NCBI GenBank assembly: GCA_965215185.1
Contig: OZ244034.1
Span: forward strand, 768,001 to 832,000
Direction: 5' to 3'
Source: Acidimicrobiia bacterium
GTDB taxonomy: Bacteria; Actinomycetota; Acidimicrobiia; Spongiisociales; ZC4RG35
Length of the DNA stretch: 64,000 nucleotides
Positions 47,006 to 56,024 of this stretch are shown piece after piece. The number at the start of each line of letters is the position of its first letter. Position 1 is the first letter of the stretch. The position numbers and the translations under genes are program-made. The notes below the pieces were generated by a model. It made no database searches. It worked only from the letters and a program-made list of their open reading frames with translations, and was not told where the DNA came from.

Positions 47006-48682
47006 ATGATTCCCGCCATCCTTAGCAAGGCCCTCCGTGACCGCCGGCGAGCAGTCATGGGGTACGGCCTGGGTTTGGCTGTGCTCGCCACCTGGTTGGG
47101 CTTGTTGTTTCCGGTGATGCGCGAATCTGACGACTTCGTCGAGTTTATGGAGAACCTCCCTACCCAGTTGATGTCTGCATTCGGGATAGACTCCTCCACC
47201 TTTCTTTCCGCCGCGGGCTTCCTCACCGCCTACCTTTACACACTGTTCGCGCCCCTGCTCATCCTTTCCTTCGTCATCAGCGCGGTCGTCGCCGAGGTCA
47301 TGGCCGAGGAACGAGACGGACTAGTGGACATGTTGCTCTCATCGCCTGTGTCCCGAACCCGAGTCTTTCTGGAAAAGGTCGGAGGTGTGGGCCTAGCGGC
47401 TCTGGCGCTGGTGGCTGTCCTGACCGGGGCTCTGCTCGTCGTAAATCCGATCTTCGATTTGTCCCTTTCGGTGACCGGTGTGCTGGCCGCGGGTCTCTCC
47501 CTATGGTTGCTAGGCGTCGTGTTTGGGGCGGTGACGCTGGTAGCGGGCACGTTCACCGGCCGCAGTGCTGCGGCGGGCGGAGTGGCGGGCTCCTTGGCGT
47601 TCCTGGCCTGGTTCATCAATGGCTTCTCCGATCTATTCCCTCCTCTACAGAGCATCGATTGGGCCAGCCCGTTCACCTGGTACCAAGAACCCAGTCCACT
47701 TCTCCAGGGTTTCGGCGCCGGGCAGCTGTGGTTGGCGATAACGGCTGCGTTGCTGATGACGGTGGCCACCTTCCTGTTCCGACGCCGTGACCTCGCCACC
47801 GAGCGCGCGGTGCTTCCGGAAATCAAGGCCCTCCGACGTTCTCGTAAACGGAGGCACCGACCCCGGGCGGCGTGGCTGTTAACCGGGTTTTTTCGCAAGA
47901 CCATCTGGGATCGTCGGCACTCCGTTTGGGGTTGGGGCGGCGGTCTTGGACTCTTGACGCTGGTCATGTTCTCCGCCTGGCCGGCCCTCGCTGAGGATGC
48001 CGAGGCCCTGTCGGGTCTCATCAGCTCCCTTCCTCGAGAGGTCTTCGCCATGTTCGGCATGAGCGACCCGGAGGCGATAGTCACCGCGGCCGGGTTCATT
48101 TCCTCGCGCACCTACCAGGCTATCGGTCCGATTCTGATCGTCATGTTTGTGGTCAGGGGAGTCTCGATGGCGATGGTCAAGGAGGAGAGCGACGGCCTTT
48201 TCGACGTGGTGCTCTCCGTCCCATCCTCCCGCAGAACGGTTATTGCGAACAAGGCGCTGGGAGTGGTGTTCTCAACCGGCCTGGTGGTTGCGGTCCTTAC
48301 GGTTGCGGCGCTGCTGGGCGACTCCGCTTGGGAGACCGAACTGGGCACTGGAAGGATCCTCGCCGCTGGGGCAGGTCTGGGCCTTCTCGGCCTGTTCTTC
48401 GGCGGGTTGACAATGGCGATCTGGGCAATAGGGGGTTCCTCTTTCCCGGTCGTTCGGGTCTCCGCAGTGGTGGCAATGGCCACCTTCCTGCTGAACGGTC
48501 TCGGTTCCCTCAGCGACGCTCTGGAACCCGCCCGGGTGATCTCTCCCTTCTACTGGTATTTCGGAGACACTCCACCGCTCGCTAAGGGCTTTGAACCGAC
48601 CTACTTTCTACTCCTCGCCGGTGCTCTCGTCATGGGTTGGGTTGCCATCAACCGCATCGAGCACAGAGATATTGCCACCTGA
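47006..48682 (+). CDS. ABC-2 exporter permease, two fused permease domains
   Basis: Repeated halves (KALRDRRR/KTIWDRRH; EERDGLVDMLLSSP/EESDGLFDVVLSVP; SPFTWY/SPFYWY) joined by a basic linker. Confidence 0.88.
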   Translation: MIPAILSKALRDRRRAVMGYGLGLAVLATWLGLLFPVMRESDDFVEFMENLPTQLMSAFGIDSSTFLSAAGFLTAYLYTLFAPLLILSFVISAVVAEVMAEERDGLVDMLLSSPVSRTRVFLEKVGGVGLAALALVAVLTGALLVVNPIFDLSLSVTGVLAAGLSLWLLGVVFGAVTLVAGTFTGRSAAAGGVAGSLAFLAWFINGFSDLFPPLQSIDWASPFTWYQEPSPLLQGFGAGQLWLAITAALLMTVATFLFRRRDLATERAVLPEIKALRRSRKRRHRPRAAWLLTGFFRKTIWDRRHSVWGWGGGLGLLTLVMFSAWPALAEDAEALSGLISSLPREVFAMFGMSDPEAIVTAAGFISSRTYQAIGPILIVMFVVRGVSMAMVKEESDGLFDVVLSVPSSRRTVIANKALGVVFSTGLVVAVLTVAALLGDSAWETELGTGRILAAGAGLGLLGLFFGGLTMAIWAIGGSSFPVVRVSAVVAMATFLLNGLGSLSDALEPARVISPFYWYFGDTPPLAKGFEPTYFLLLAGALVMGWVAINRIEHRDIAT

Positions 48683-48691
48683 TCAGGCTGG

Positions 48692-48882
48692 CCCCATTCT
48701 TCATGAGCGTTGACGGTGGGGGCCGGTGGTTGACGCGGGAATGCCCTCCTGACGTGGAATTATGGGTAGTGACGAATTGCTTCTTGACCATTGACTTAGA
48801 TCCAAACGCATCAGCCAAGGAAAAACCCCCCACCAAACCTCGAGAACTCGCCCCAACCCCAAACGTGCCGTGAAGATTCGGG
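48692..48882. mobile_element. Putative MITE (IS1380-like ends)
   Basis: Imperfect terminal inverted repeats ccccattcttcatg / cgtgaagattcggg (11/14), no ORF, G/T-rich left and C/A-rich right half. Confidence 0.5.
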
Positions 48883-48993
48883 TTGCCACCCGCCCAGTGC
48901 CCAAAGAACAGATCCGGTGCCCTGCTGGTCGAGGTAGGACATAGAGACTTGCAAACTTGCACGAGACGGACGCGTCTAACTGGTGAACGGCAG

Positions 48994-49214
48994 AAGCCTG
49001 TATACATGTTTGTGTGAGGTGGGTTCTCTATTGCTGTGGCTGGTGTGAGAGCCGGCCCGAGAGGAGAGTGTCGTGATGCCTATTGGACATGATGTGACGG
49101 AGGCCGCTGGTGTGGTGTCTGATGAGGTGGTGGAGGCGGTGGTTTCGGACGCTGCCGCGGGTGGTGTGGACCTTTTGGGTCCTGATGGGGTGTTGGCGGA
49201 GTTGACGAAGCGTT
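48994..49214 (+). mobile_element. IS256-family 5' remnant
   Basis: ATG 49076 gives MPIGHDV...VDLLGPDGVLAELTKR, a typical IS256 transposase N-terminus, then truncated; IR-like gcctgtatacatgtttgtgtg. Confidence 0.72.
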
Positions 49215-49425
49215 CCGCCGGTTCCTAACCACCGCCATCATGCCATTGGGCGACCAAATAGCCCAAGAACTCACGTCCAAACTGGAAACGCCCATCGAGT
49301 TCGACTTCACCCACCTCTACGCCCACGACCTCGTCGGCCGCACCCAAGCGTTCGACCGGCTCATATCGGGCGGAGTGGACGTGGCGAGGGCGCTAGCAAT
49401 CTCTGGGCTGGCAATGGGAGAGTAG
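49207..49425 (+). pseudogene. C-terminal fragment of a phage/satellite portal-like protein
   Basis: EAFRRFLTTAIMPL..IAQELTSKLE...DLVGRTQAFDRLISGG...GL resembles HK97-type portal C-termini; no N-terminus. Confidence 0.55.
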
Positions 49426-49450
49426 AGAGACTTAGGCAGACCCTTTCTCT

Positions 49451-50038
49451 CTATGTCGAAAAGTACACTAAGTTGATGCGCGCCTTCGTTCGAATACGAT
49501 CCAAGGCCTGAGCAGAGGGGTCCGTCCTTTCAATGATCTCGCGGACCTCCCACACCCACGTTCTCTCTTCCTCTTCAAACAGAGAAACATAATCATCTAG
49601 GTAGGGGTCGAGTCCTCGTAGTTTGCCTGCTAACCCTGCGGGCAGGGCATGGAATTGATCCCGGTCTCCTTCCTCCTTAGCGTCATGTATCGCCGCGATG
49701 TCGTCTTGACACTCCTGCCAGATCTTCACCGCCAGCTGGTGTTTCTCTTCGCAGTTTTGGCGTTCCCTTTCCCGTTTCTTATCGAGGTCTTCTCTTGCCT
49801 GGCGGCGCTCTCTCTGGCGCGCATCGAATTCGGCCCACAGATTCAAGCTGAGCAATGCCAACGCCACCGAAACCGCTATCCAGCCGATGACAACGAAGAA
49901 CCACACTGCGTGGTACTGCCAGCCGGACATCAACGGTCCCGTCTCCACGGTGACGTTGCTGAGTGCCCAAACCACTATTGCGGAGACGATGGCCGCGACG
50001 AGCTGGTTCTTGGTCAAGCGTTTGATTCTCTTCCCCAT
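49451..50038 (-). CDS. Hypothetical membrane protein (two TM helices plus charged coiled-coil)
   Basis: MGKRIKRLTKNQLVAAIVSAIVVWAL..., second TM, then an RE-rich helix; start chosen downstream of the tRNA. Confidence 0.6.
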   Translation of the reverse strand: MGKRIKRLTKNQLVAAIVSAIVVWALSNVTVETGPLMSGWQYHAVWFFVVIGWIAVSVALALLSLNLWAEFDARQRERRQAREDLDKKRERERQNCEEKHQLAVKIWQECQDDIAAIHDAKEEGDRDQFHALPAGLAGKLRGLDPYLDDYVSLFEEEERTWVWEVREIIERTDPSAQALDRIRTKARINLVYFST

Positions 50039-50158
50039 AGTTACATATTTTGGTGGTTGTCTAACAACATTCGCAACCACCACGTTCGATTGTGGTAACC
50101 AACGAGGTAACGAAATAACGTAAATGCGCCCTGACTGCGGCGTTACACGTTTCAGAGG

Positions 50159-50243
50159 TGCCGGGAGCGGGATTCGAACCCGCACGGAGTTGCCCCCAAT
50201 GGATTTTGAGTCCACCGCGTCTGCCTGATTTCGCCATCCCGGC
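50159..50243 (-). tRNA. tRNA-Leu(CAA)
   Basis: Reverse complement GCCGGGATGGCGAAATCAGGCAGACGCGGTGGACTCAAAATCCATTGGGGGCAACTCCGTGCGGGTTCGAATCCCGCTCCCGGCA. Confidence 0.96.
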
Positions 50244-50710
50244 CTGTTCCCGCAGATTGTAGGGCGCAACGCCAACCCAATGCTCTCGATAATCGTGAAC
50301 GCGCCAACCCGAACTGTGCCATCCGCACCGCTCACGACCTCCTTGAACTCCGCCGCCACCCCGCGCTCCGCCTCCGCCGTTCCGTTCAGATTCTTTCGGT
50401 TGGGCGGGTGTCTTCCGGAAAATGGGTGTTGGCCTTCGGCTAGTTGCTGATTCCGGTTGGCCAAGAGGTCGCTTGCCGGAGGATGCTCTTTGCGTGGATG
50501 ATCGCTCCGGTCCGGACCGCGGGCGATATTTGTGAACTCATCAATTTGTAACACCGGCGGGACATTCTTCAAGTCATCACTGGGGTTCTTGCGAACAACT
50601 CCTAACACCTCGCCTTCCCTCGACAGAACCTCCGTCGGCGGCCAGGCTGCTTGGATTGATTCCACACCCCATAGCAGAAGGATTCGTGTCATCCGATATG
50701 CTCAATCGCC

Positions 50711-51010
50711 ATGAGAAAGCGCCGCCTCTCCAAACAGCTATTCGTGGTGAACGAGCGGCTGCTCCTTCTCGCTGAGGAAGAGGCGCAGGTCTCCGCGGAG
50801 TTGGACTACCACCGCCATTTGGCCGATGACGCAGTGCGGGACGCGGCAGTCTACGACTCCTCTCTTCACCGGGATGAGGCGGATCGGGCCCTGGCGGATG
50901 TCGATCGATTTGAACGGGCCTTGAAAGATATCGACCATCGCCGGGAGATTCTCGAGTTCAAGCGGGATCGTCTGCTGGGACGGATGGATTCTTATGAGGA
51001 TCTGTTCTGA
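50711..51010 (+). CDS. Hypothetical coiled-coil protein, translationally coupled to polA
   Basis: Helical charged sequence; TGATG overlap with the polA start. Confidence 0.75.
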   Translation: MRKRRLSKQLFVVNERLLLLAEEEAQVSAELDYHRHLADDAVRDAAVYDSSLHRDEADRALADVDRFERALKDIDHRREILEFKRDRLLGRMDSYEDLF

Positions 51011-53628
51011 TGTCCACCCTTGCCCTGATTGACGGGCATTCGATCGCCTACCGGGCTTTCTATGCCCTTCCCAAAGATCTCGCCACTTCTTCGGGGGAGG
51101 TGACCAACGCCGTTTTTGGGTTCATCCGCATGCTCATCAGGCTGTTGGCCGATGAAAACCCTGACGCATTGGCGGTGGTTTGGGATGTTTCCCGGCAAAC
51201 TTTTCGCGCCGAACTCTATCCCGCGTACAAGGCCCAGCGTTCTCGGACTCCCGACCTCCTGACCCCCCAGTTCTCGCTGCTTGAGAAGCTTCTGGAAGCT
51301 CTGGAGGTGCCGCAGCTTCGCAAAGAGGGCTTCGAGGCTGACGATGTGATCGCCTCTTTGGCTAGACAAGCCACCGAGGAGGGGTGGGAAGTGTTGGCGG
51401 TCACCGGTGATCGGGATGTCTTCCAATTGGTCGACGATCAGTTTCGGGTTCTCTACACCCGTCGGGGAGTCTCCGACACCGTGAAAGTTACCCCCGCCTG
51501 GGTGGAGAAACGTTACTCTGTGCCGCCCCGTCGGTATGTGGAGTTGGCTGCCCTTCGTGGAGACGTTTCCGACAATCTTCCGGGGGTTCCCGGGGTGGGA
51601 GAGAAGATCGCTGCCCGGCTGATCAAACAATATGGTGGAGTCGAGAGGATCTATGAGAACCTGGAAGATCTCACCCCCCGATTGCGCTCCAACCTTGCAG
51701 AACATCGTTCCCAGGTGATTCTGAATAAGCAGATGATGACGCTTCGCTCCGACTTGGAGTTGGAAGTGGCGATCCCTGATTTGATACGGCGGGCCTGGGA
51801 TGTGGAGCGAGTCAGAGACCTGGTTACCTCCCTGGAATTCTTCAGCCTCTGGTCAGATTTGCAATCGGTGCAGGTTGGAGAGGTCGACCAAGATCTGGGA
51901 AGGCCGGAGGTGGACACCCGGGCCTTGACAACGGCAGAAGCCGTAGCGAGGCTGGGGGATCTGGATCATCTGGTGATGGAATTGGTGCGGGACCAGCATT
52001 TCGTGGGGTTGGCCGTTCGTGAGGGAGATGACCGCGTAGCCCTGGTCCCCTCGGATTTGCTTGGGACCCTGGCAGAGGTGCTGGCCGACCCCACCCGCCC
52101 GAAGATAACCCACGACGCCAAACCCCTAATAAGGTGGTTGAACACCAAGGGATTAGCGCTTCAGGGCCTGGAATTCGACACGGCCCTAGCCGCCTATGTC
52201 GTCAATCCCGCCACCGGCCGCTATCAACTCGACCAACTGGCCGAGCAAATGATCGGATTCTCCCTCACCGAGGACCTATCCGAAGAGGATCGGCCTGCCC
52301 AGGGAAGCCTGGTCTTCGATCCGCTGCCCCGTTTCAATCAGATCGGTCTACGGGTCGAGGTCATCGCCCGGCTGGTGGAGGCTCTTCGCTCCGAACTGGA
52401 GGAACGGGAGGAACTGGATCTGTTTTTGGATGTGGAACTTCCCGTGGTGGCGGTGCTGGCGGATATGGAGGAGGTCGGGATCGCCGTGGACCGGGACTAC
52501 CTGGTGGAGATGAGCGGCCGGCTTCGAACCGATATCGCCCAACTGGAACAACGTATCTATGAACTGGCGGGAGGAGAGTTCAATGTCAACTCCACCCTGC
52601 AACTGCGGGAGGTCCTGTTTGGAAGACTGGGGCTTCCGGTGCTCAAGAAGACCGCCACCGGTTTGCCCTCCACCGATGCCTCGGTGCTTGGCAAGTTGAG
52701 CCATCCCATGGTGGAGTTGCTATTGGAATTCCGGCAACTGGAGAAGATCCGTTCCTCTCATGTGGATGGATACCTCTCCCTGATCGGCGGCGACGGCCGT
52801 ATCCACACTCGTTTCAATCAAATGGGTACCTCCACCGGCCGGGTCTCCTCCGAAAACCCGAATTTGCAGACCATACCTATTCGCACCGAACTCGGCAGGA
52901 CGGTTAGAAGGGCGTTTGTGGCGGGACCGGGCCGGATGCTATTGGTGGCCGACTATTCCCAGATCGAGTTGCGGGTGCTCGCTCATCTCAGTCGCGATCC
53001 CGGTCTGGTGGAAGCATTCCTGTCCGATTTCGACATCCACACCGCCACGGCCGCCCGAGTCTTTGACGTGGGCGTCTCCGAAGTGACCGCCGACATGCGC
53101 AGACGGGCCAAAACCATAAACTTCGGATTGCTGTACGGCATGGAGGCATTTGGGCTGTCCCAGCGGTTGAGTATCTCCCGGGACGAGGCCGCCGAGCACA
53201 TCGAAGCCTATTTCTCCCAATTCCCGGCAGTGAAGTCTTTCATGGACGGAATGGTGTTGGAAGCGCGCCGACTGGGTTATACGACCACCCTCTTCAAACG
53301 CCGTCGCTACCTGCCCGAATTGCGAAGCGACGATTTCCGGATACGGCAGATGGGGGAGCGGATGGCGCTCAACGCTCCCGTGCAGGGATCGGCGGCGGAC
53401 ATCATCAAAAAGGCCATGATCACCCTCTCCTCCCAACTGCCGGCGGTCAGCGCAGAATGTAGCCTTCTGCTGCAGATCCACGACGAACTGGTCATTGAGA
53501 TGCCCGAAGACGACCTCCCAGCGGTAACCGCCTTGACCGTTGAGGTGATGGAGGGCGTCGCGAAACTGGTGGTACCCCTCAAGGTGGATGTGGCGTCTGG
53601 GCGCAATCTCGCCGAATGCAAGAGCTAG
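51010..53628 (+). CDS. polA: DNA polymerase I
   Basis: LIDGHSIAYRAF, EADDVI, DYSQIELR, AKTINFGLLYG, LQIHDEL. Confidence 0.98.
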   Translation: MSTLALIDGHSIAYRAFYALPKDLATSSGEVTNAVFGFIRMLIRLLADENPDALAVVWDVSRQTFRAELYPAYKAQRSRTPDLLTPQFSLLEKLLEALEVPQLRKEGFEADDVIASLARQATEEGWEVLAVTGDRDVFQLVDDQFRVLYTRRGVSDTVKVTPAWVEKRYSVPPRRYVELAALRGDVSDNLPGVPGVGEKIAARLIKQYGGVERIYENLEDLTPRLRSNLAEHRSQVILNKQMMTLRSDLELEVAIPDLIRRAWDVERVRDLVTSLEFFSLWSDLQSVQVGEVDQDLGRPEVDTRALTTAEAVARLGDLDHLVMELVRDQHFVGLAVREGDDRVALVPSDLLGTLAEVLADPTRPKITHDAKPLIRWLNTKGLALQGLEFDTALAAYVVNPATGRYQLDQLAEQMIGFSLTEDLSEEDRPAQGSLVFDPLPRFNQIGLRVEVIARLVEALRSELEEREELDLFLDVELPVVAVLADMEEVGIAVDRDYLVEMSGRLRTDIAQLEQRIYELAGGEFNVNSTLQLREVLFGRLGLPVLKKTATGLPSTDASVLGKLSHPMVELLLEFRQLEKIRSSHVDGYLSLIGGDGRIHTRFNQMGTSTGRVSSENPNLQTIPIRTELGRTVRRAFVAGPGRMLLVADYSQIELRVLAHLSRDPGLVEAFLSDFDIHTATAARVFDVGVSEVTADMRRRAKTINFGLLYGMEAFGLSQRLSISRDEAAEHIEAYFSQFPAVKSFMDGMVLEARRLGYTTTLFKRRRYLPELRSDDFRIRQMGERMALNAPVQGSAADIIKKAMITLSSQLPAVSAECSLLLQIHDELVIEMPEDDLPAVTALTVEVMEGVAKLVVPLKVDVASGRNLAECKS

Positions 53629-53751
53629 AAACAAAAAAACAGAGGAGGCGGTTTGATTTGCAGGCAGCGATTGGCCGTGCCAAACTTAGCGACCTAGTGC
53701 CGCGGCATTGCCGCGTGCCTTGGACAGGAAAGGACCTATCCCCACCCACTA

Positions 53752-55389
53752 ATGAATGAACAACCAACAGACGTGCCCGGCGAGGAGGCGGCGGTGCCAG
53801 CTTCATCCCTGACCGCGGTCATGGATAATAAGCCGAAGGCAGAAACCCTCACCACAGAAATCGGCGATTCCGACACCGCCGAAATCTTGGAATCCGACAC
53901 CACCCAGTCCGATGCTTCCGACATCACTGAGGTAGGCGAATCCGACACCACCCAGTCCGATGCTTCCGACATCACTGAGGTAGGCGAATCCGACACCACC
54001 CAGTCCGATGCTTCCGACATCACTGAGGTAGGCGAATCCGACACCACCCAGTCCGAGTCCGGCTCCGACATCACTGAGGTAGGCGAATCCGACACCACCC
54101 AGTCCGATGCTTCCGACATCACTGAGGTAGGCGAATCCGTCACCACCGAAGATGAAGCCGACCTCTTGGACGATAAAACGATGTTCGAGCAGGCTCTTGG
54201 CCGCAACATCAGGGTTTTCAAGGAGAACGAACTGGTGGAGGGAACGGTGGTCAGTGTTGACATTGAAGGCGCGCTGGTCGATATCGGTTTTAAATCGGAA
54301 GCTTTGATTCCTGCCGCAGAGCTTTCTATCCGCAAGAACGTGGATCCGCGCAACATCGTCTCGGTGGGTGAGACGGTAGAAGGAGTCGTTCTCACTCGCG
54401 AGGATGAAAACGGCCGACCCATCCTTTCCATGAAACGTGCCCAGTACAAGCGAGCTTGGACCAAGGTCGAAGAGGTTCACAAGGATGGCAAATCCGTAAA
54501 GGGGACCGTGATCGAAGTGGTCAAGGGCGGGCTGATTGTAGACATCGGCCTACGCGGCTTTCTCCCCGCATCGCTGGTGGGTCTGCGCAGGGTGTGCAAC
54601 CTGCACCCCTTCATTGACACCGAAATCGAGGCCAAGGTCATCGAGTTGGATCGCCAACGCAACAACGTGGTTCTCTCCCGGCGCGCCTTTTTGGAGGAGG
54701 AACAGGCCGAGGAGCGGGACGGCTTCATGAATAGGCTGGTGGAAGGGGAGGTCCGAGAGGGAACGGTTTCGTCGGTGGTGCCCTTCGGGGCGTTTGTCGA
54801 TCTGGGCAAGATGGACGGCTTGGTCCATGTTTCCGAACTCGCCTGGACCCACATCAGCCATCCCTCCGAAGTGGTCGAGGTTGGAGCCACCGTCACCGTC
54901 AAGGTGTTGGAAGTCGATCGCGAACGGGAACGGATTTCTCTCTCCATTAGGCAGACGCTGGAAGACCCCTGGTCGCTGTTCTCCCAAGCCAATGAGGTGG
55001 GGAGCATCATCGATGGCAAGGTAACCAAAACAGTGCCTTTCGGAGCCTTTGTCGCCATCGCCGATGGGGTGGAAGGCTTGGTGCATGTTTCGGAGATAGC
55101 TATGCACCGGGTCGAATCTCCGGAGATGGAGCTATCCATCGGCCAAGACATCAAAGTCAAGATCACCGAGTTGGACACCAACCGTAGGCGGGTCAGTCTC
55201 TCGGTGAAGCAGGCGCTGTCCGAGTGGAAGGATGCCGGTCAGGCGGCCCGACCCCGTCCTCGTCGGGAGGAGAGGCCCCGCCCGCCGCCCCGGGAGGAGC
55301 CGGAGACCGAGCGTCGCTCAGTTCGGGTCGACTCTTCCCTTGAAGCGATCCTCGAAGAACTCAAGAAGCGGGGCATCGGGGGCAGATAA
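53752..55389 (+). CDS. rpsA: 30S ribosomal protein S1 with repetitive acidic N-terminal extension
   Basis: Four S1 domains (VDIGFKSEA, GFLPASL, FGAFVDLG..DGLVHVSEL, EGLVHVSEI). Confidence 0.96.
   Translation: MNEQPTDVPGEEAAVPASSLTAVMDNKPKAETLTTEIGDSDTAEILESDTTQSDASDITEVGESDTTQSDASDITEVGESDTTQSDASDITEVGESDTTQSESGSDITEVGESDTTQSDASDITEVGESVTTEDEADLLDDKTMFEQALGRNIRVFKENELVEGTVVSVDIEGALVDIGFKSEALIPAAELSIRKNVDPRNIVSVGETVEGVVLTREDENGRPILSMKRAQYKRAWTKVEEVHKDGKSVKGTVIEVVKGGLIVDIGLRGFLPASLVGLRRVCNLHPFIDTEIEAKVIELDRQRNNVVLSRRAFLEEEQAEERDGFMNRLVEGEVREGTVSSVVPFGAFVDLGKMDGLVHVSELAWTHISHPSEVVEVGATVTVKVLEVDRERERISLSIRQTLEDPWSLFSQANEVGSIIDGKVTKTVPFGAFVAIADGVEGLVHVSEIAMHRVESPEMELSIGQDIKVKITELDTNRRRVSLSVKQALSEWKDAGQAARPRPRREERPRPPPREEPETERRSVRVDSSLEAILEELKKRGIGGR
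53890..54147 (+). repeat. In-frame 48-bp tandem repeat (ESDTTQSDASDITEVG)
   Basis: Units start at 53890, 53938, 53986, 54034 (51-bp variant) and 54085, partial unit at 54133. Confidence 0.97.
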
Positions 55390-55409
55390 ACCTCGGGGGC
55401 CAAAGGCGG

Positions 55410-56000
55410 ATGAGCCAAACTCCCCCCCGGGTGGTGGTTACCGGAGCAATAGGTTCCGGAAAAAGCCTGGTCTGTTCACTGCTCTCCCAATGGGGAGTGG
55501 CGGTAATCGACGCAGATCGTTTGGGCCATGCGGTGTTGGAACCCGCAGGAGAGGCCTATCCGCAAGTGGCGGCCCGTTGGCCGGAGGCGGTGTCGGAAGG
55601 CAGAATCGTTCGGCCCCGTCTGGGAGAGATCGTCTTCTCCGATCCCGCACAGCTCTCCGAGTTGATGACTTTGACGCACCCCCATATCCGGGCCCGGATT
55701 TTCGGTGAGGTGGATCGATATCCGAATAGTCCGGTGGCGGTAGAGATCTCGGCGCCGTCCCCGTCGGTGATGCCCGATTGGCCGGTGCTGGTGGTGGATG
55801 CCGATCCCAATACCATCCGCCGACGCCTGCTGGCGCGGGGGATGAGCGACGCCGATATCGGAAGGCGTATGGCATCCCAACGGTCTCGTGAGGGGTGGCT
55901 GGAGATGGCCGACTATGTGATCGCCAACCGTTTCGGGAAGGATGTACTGGCCGAGGCGGTGGAGGGAACCGCCCGCCAGATCGGCCTGTTGTCACAGTAA
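55410..56000 (+). CDS. coaE: Dephospho-CoA kinase
   Basis: VTGAIGSGKS, IDAD, RPRLGEIVF, LTHPHI, RMASQ. Confidence 0.93.
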   Translation: MSQTPPRVVVTGAIGSGKSLVCSLLSQWGVAVIDADRLGHAVLEPAGEAYPQVAARWPEAVSEGRIVRPRLGEIVFSDPAQLSELMTLTHPHIRARIFGEVDRYPNSPVAVEISAPSPSVMPDWPVLVVDADPNTIRRRLLARGMSDADIGRRMASQRSREGWLEMADYVIANRFGKDVLAEAVEGTARQIGLLSQ

Positions 56001-56024
56001 CCCGATACGATTCGAATACAGATT

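Larger units (their letters stand above)
42558..50196. mobile_element. Decayed genomic island integrated at tRNA-Leu(CAA)
   Basis: Bounded by the tRNA 3' end and its repeat; contains a pseudogene, IS remnants and a phage portal-like fragment; no integrase seen. Confidence 0.75.

Noticed and set aside
49451-50692. 413-aa ORF as a single gene
   Set aside because: It reads through tRNA-Leu; only the part from 50038 looks protein-like, and 50250-50692 could not be assigned.
53890-54147. Possible CRISPR array
   Set aside because: Contiguous repeats with no unique spacers, in frame within rpsA, and no cas genes.
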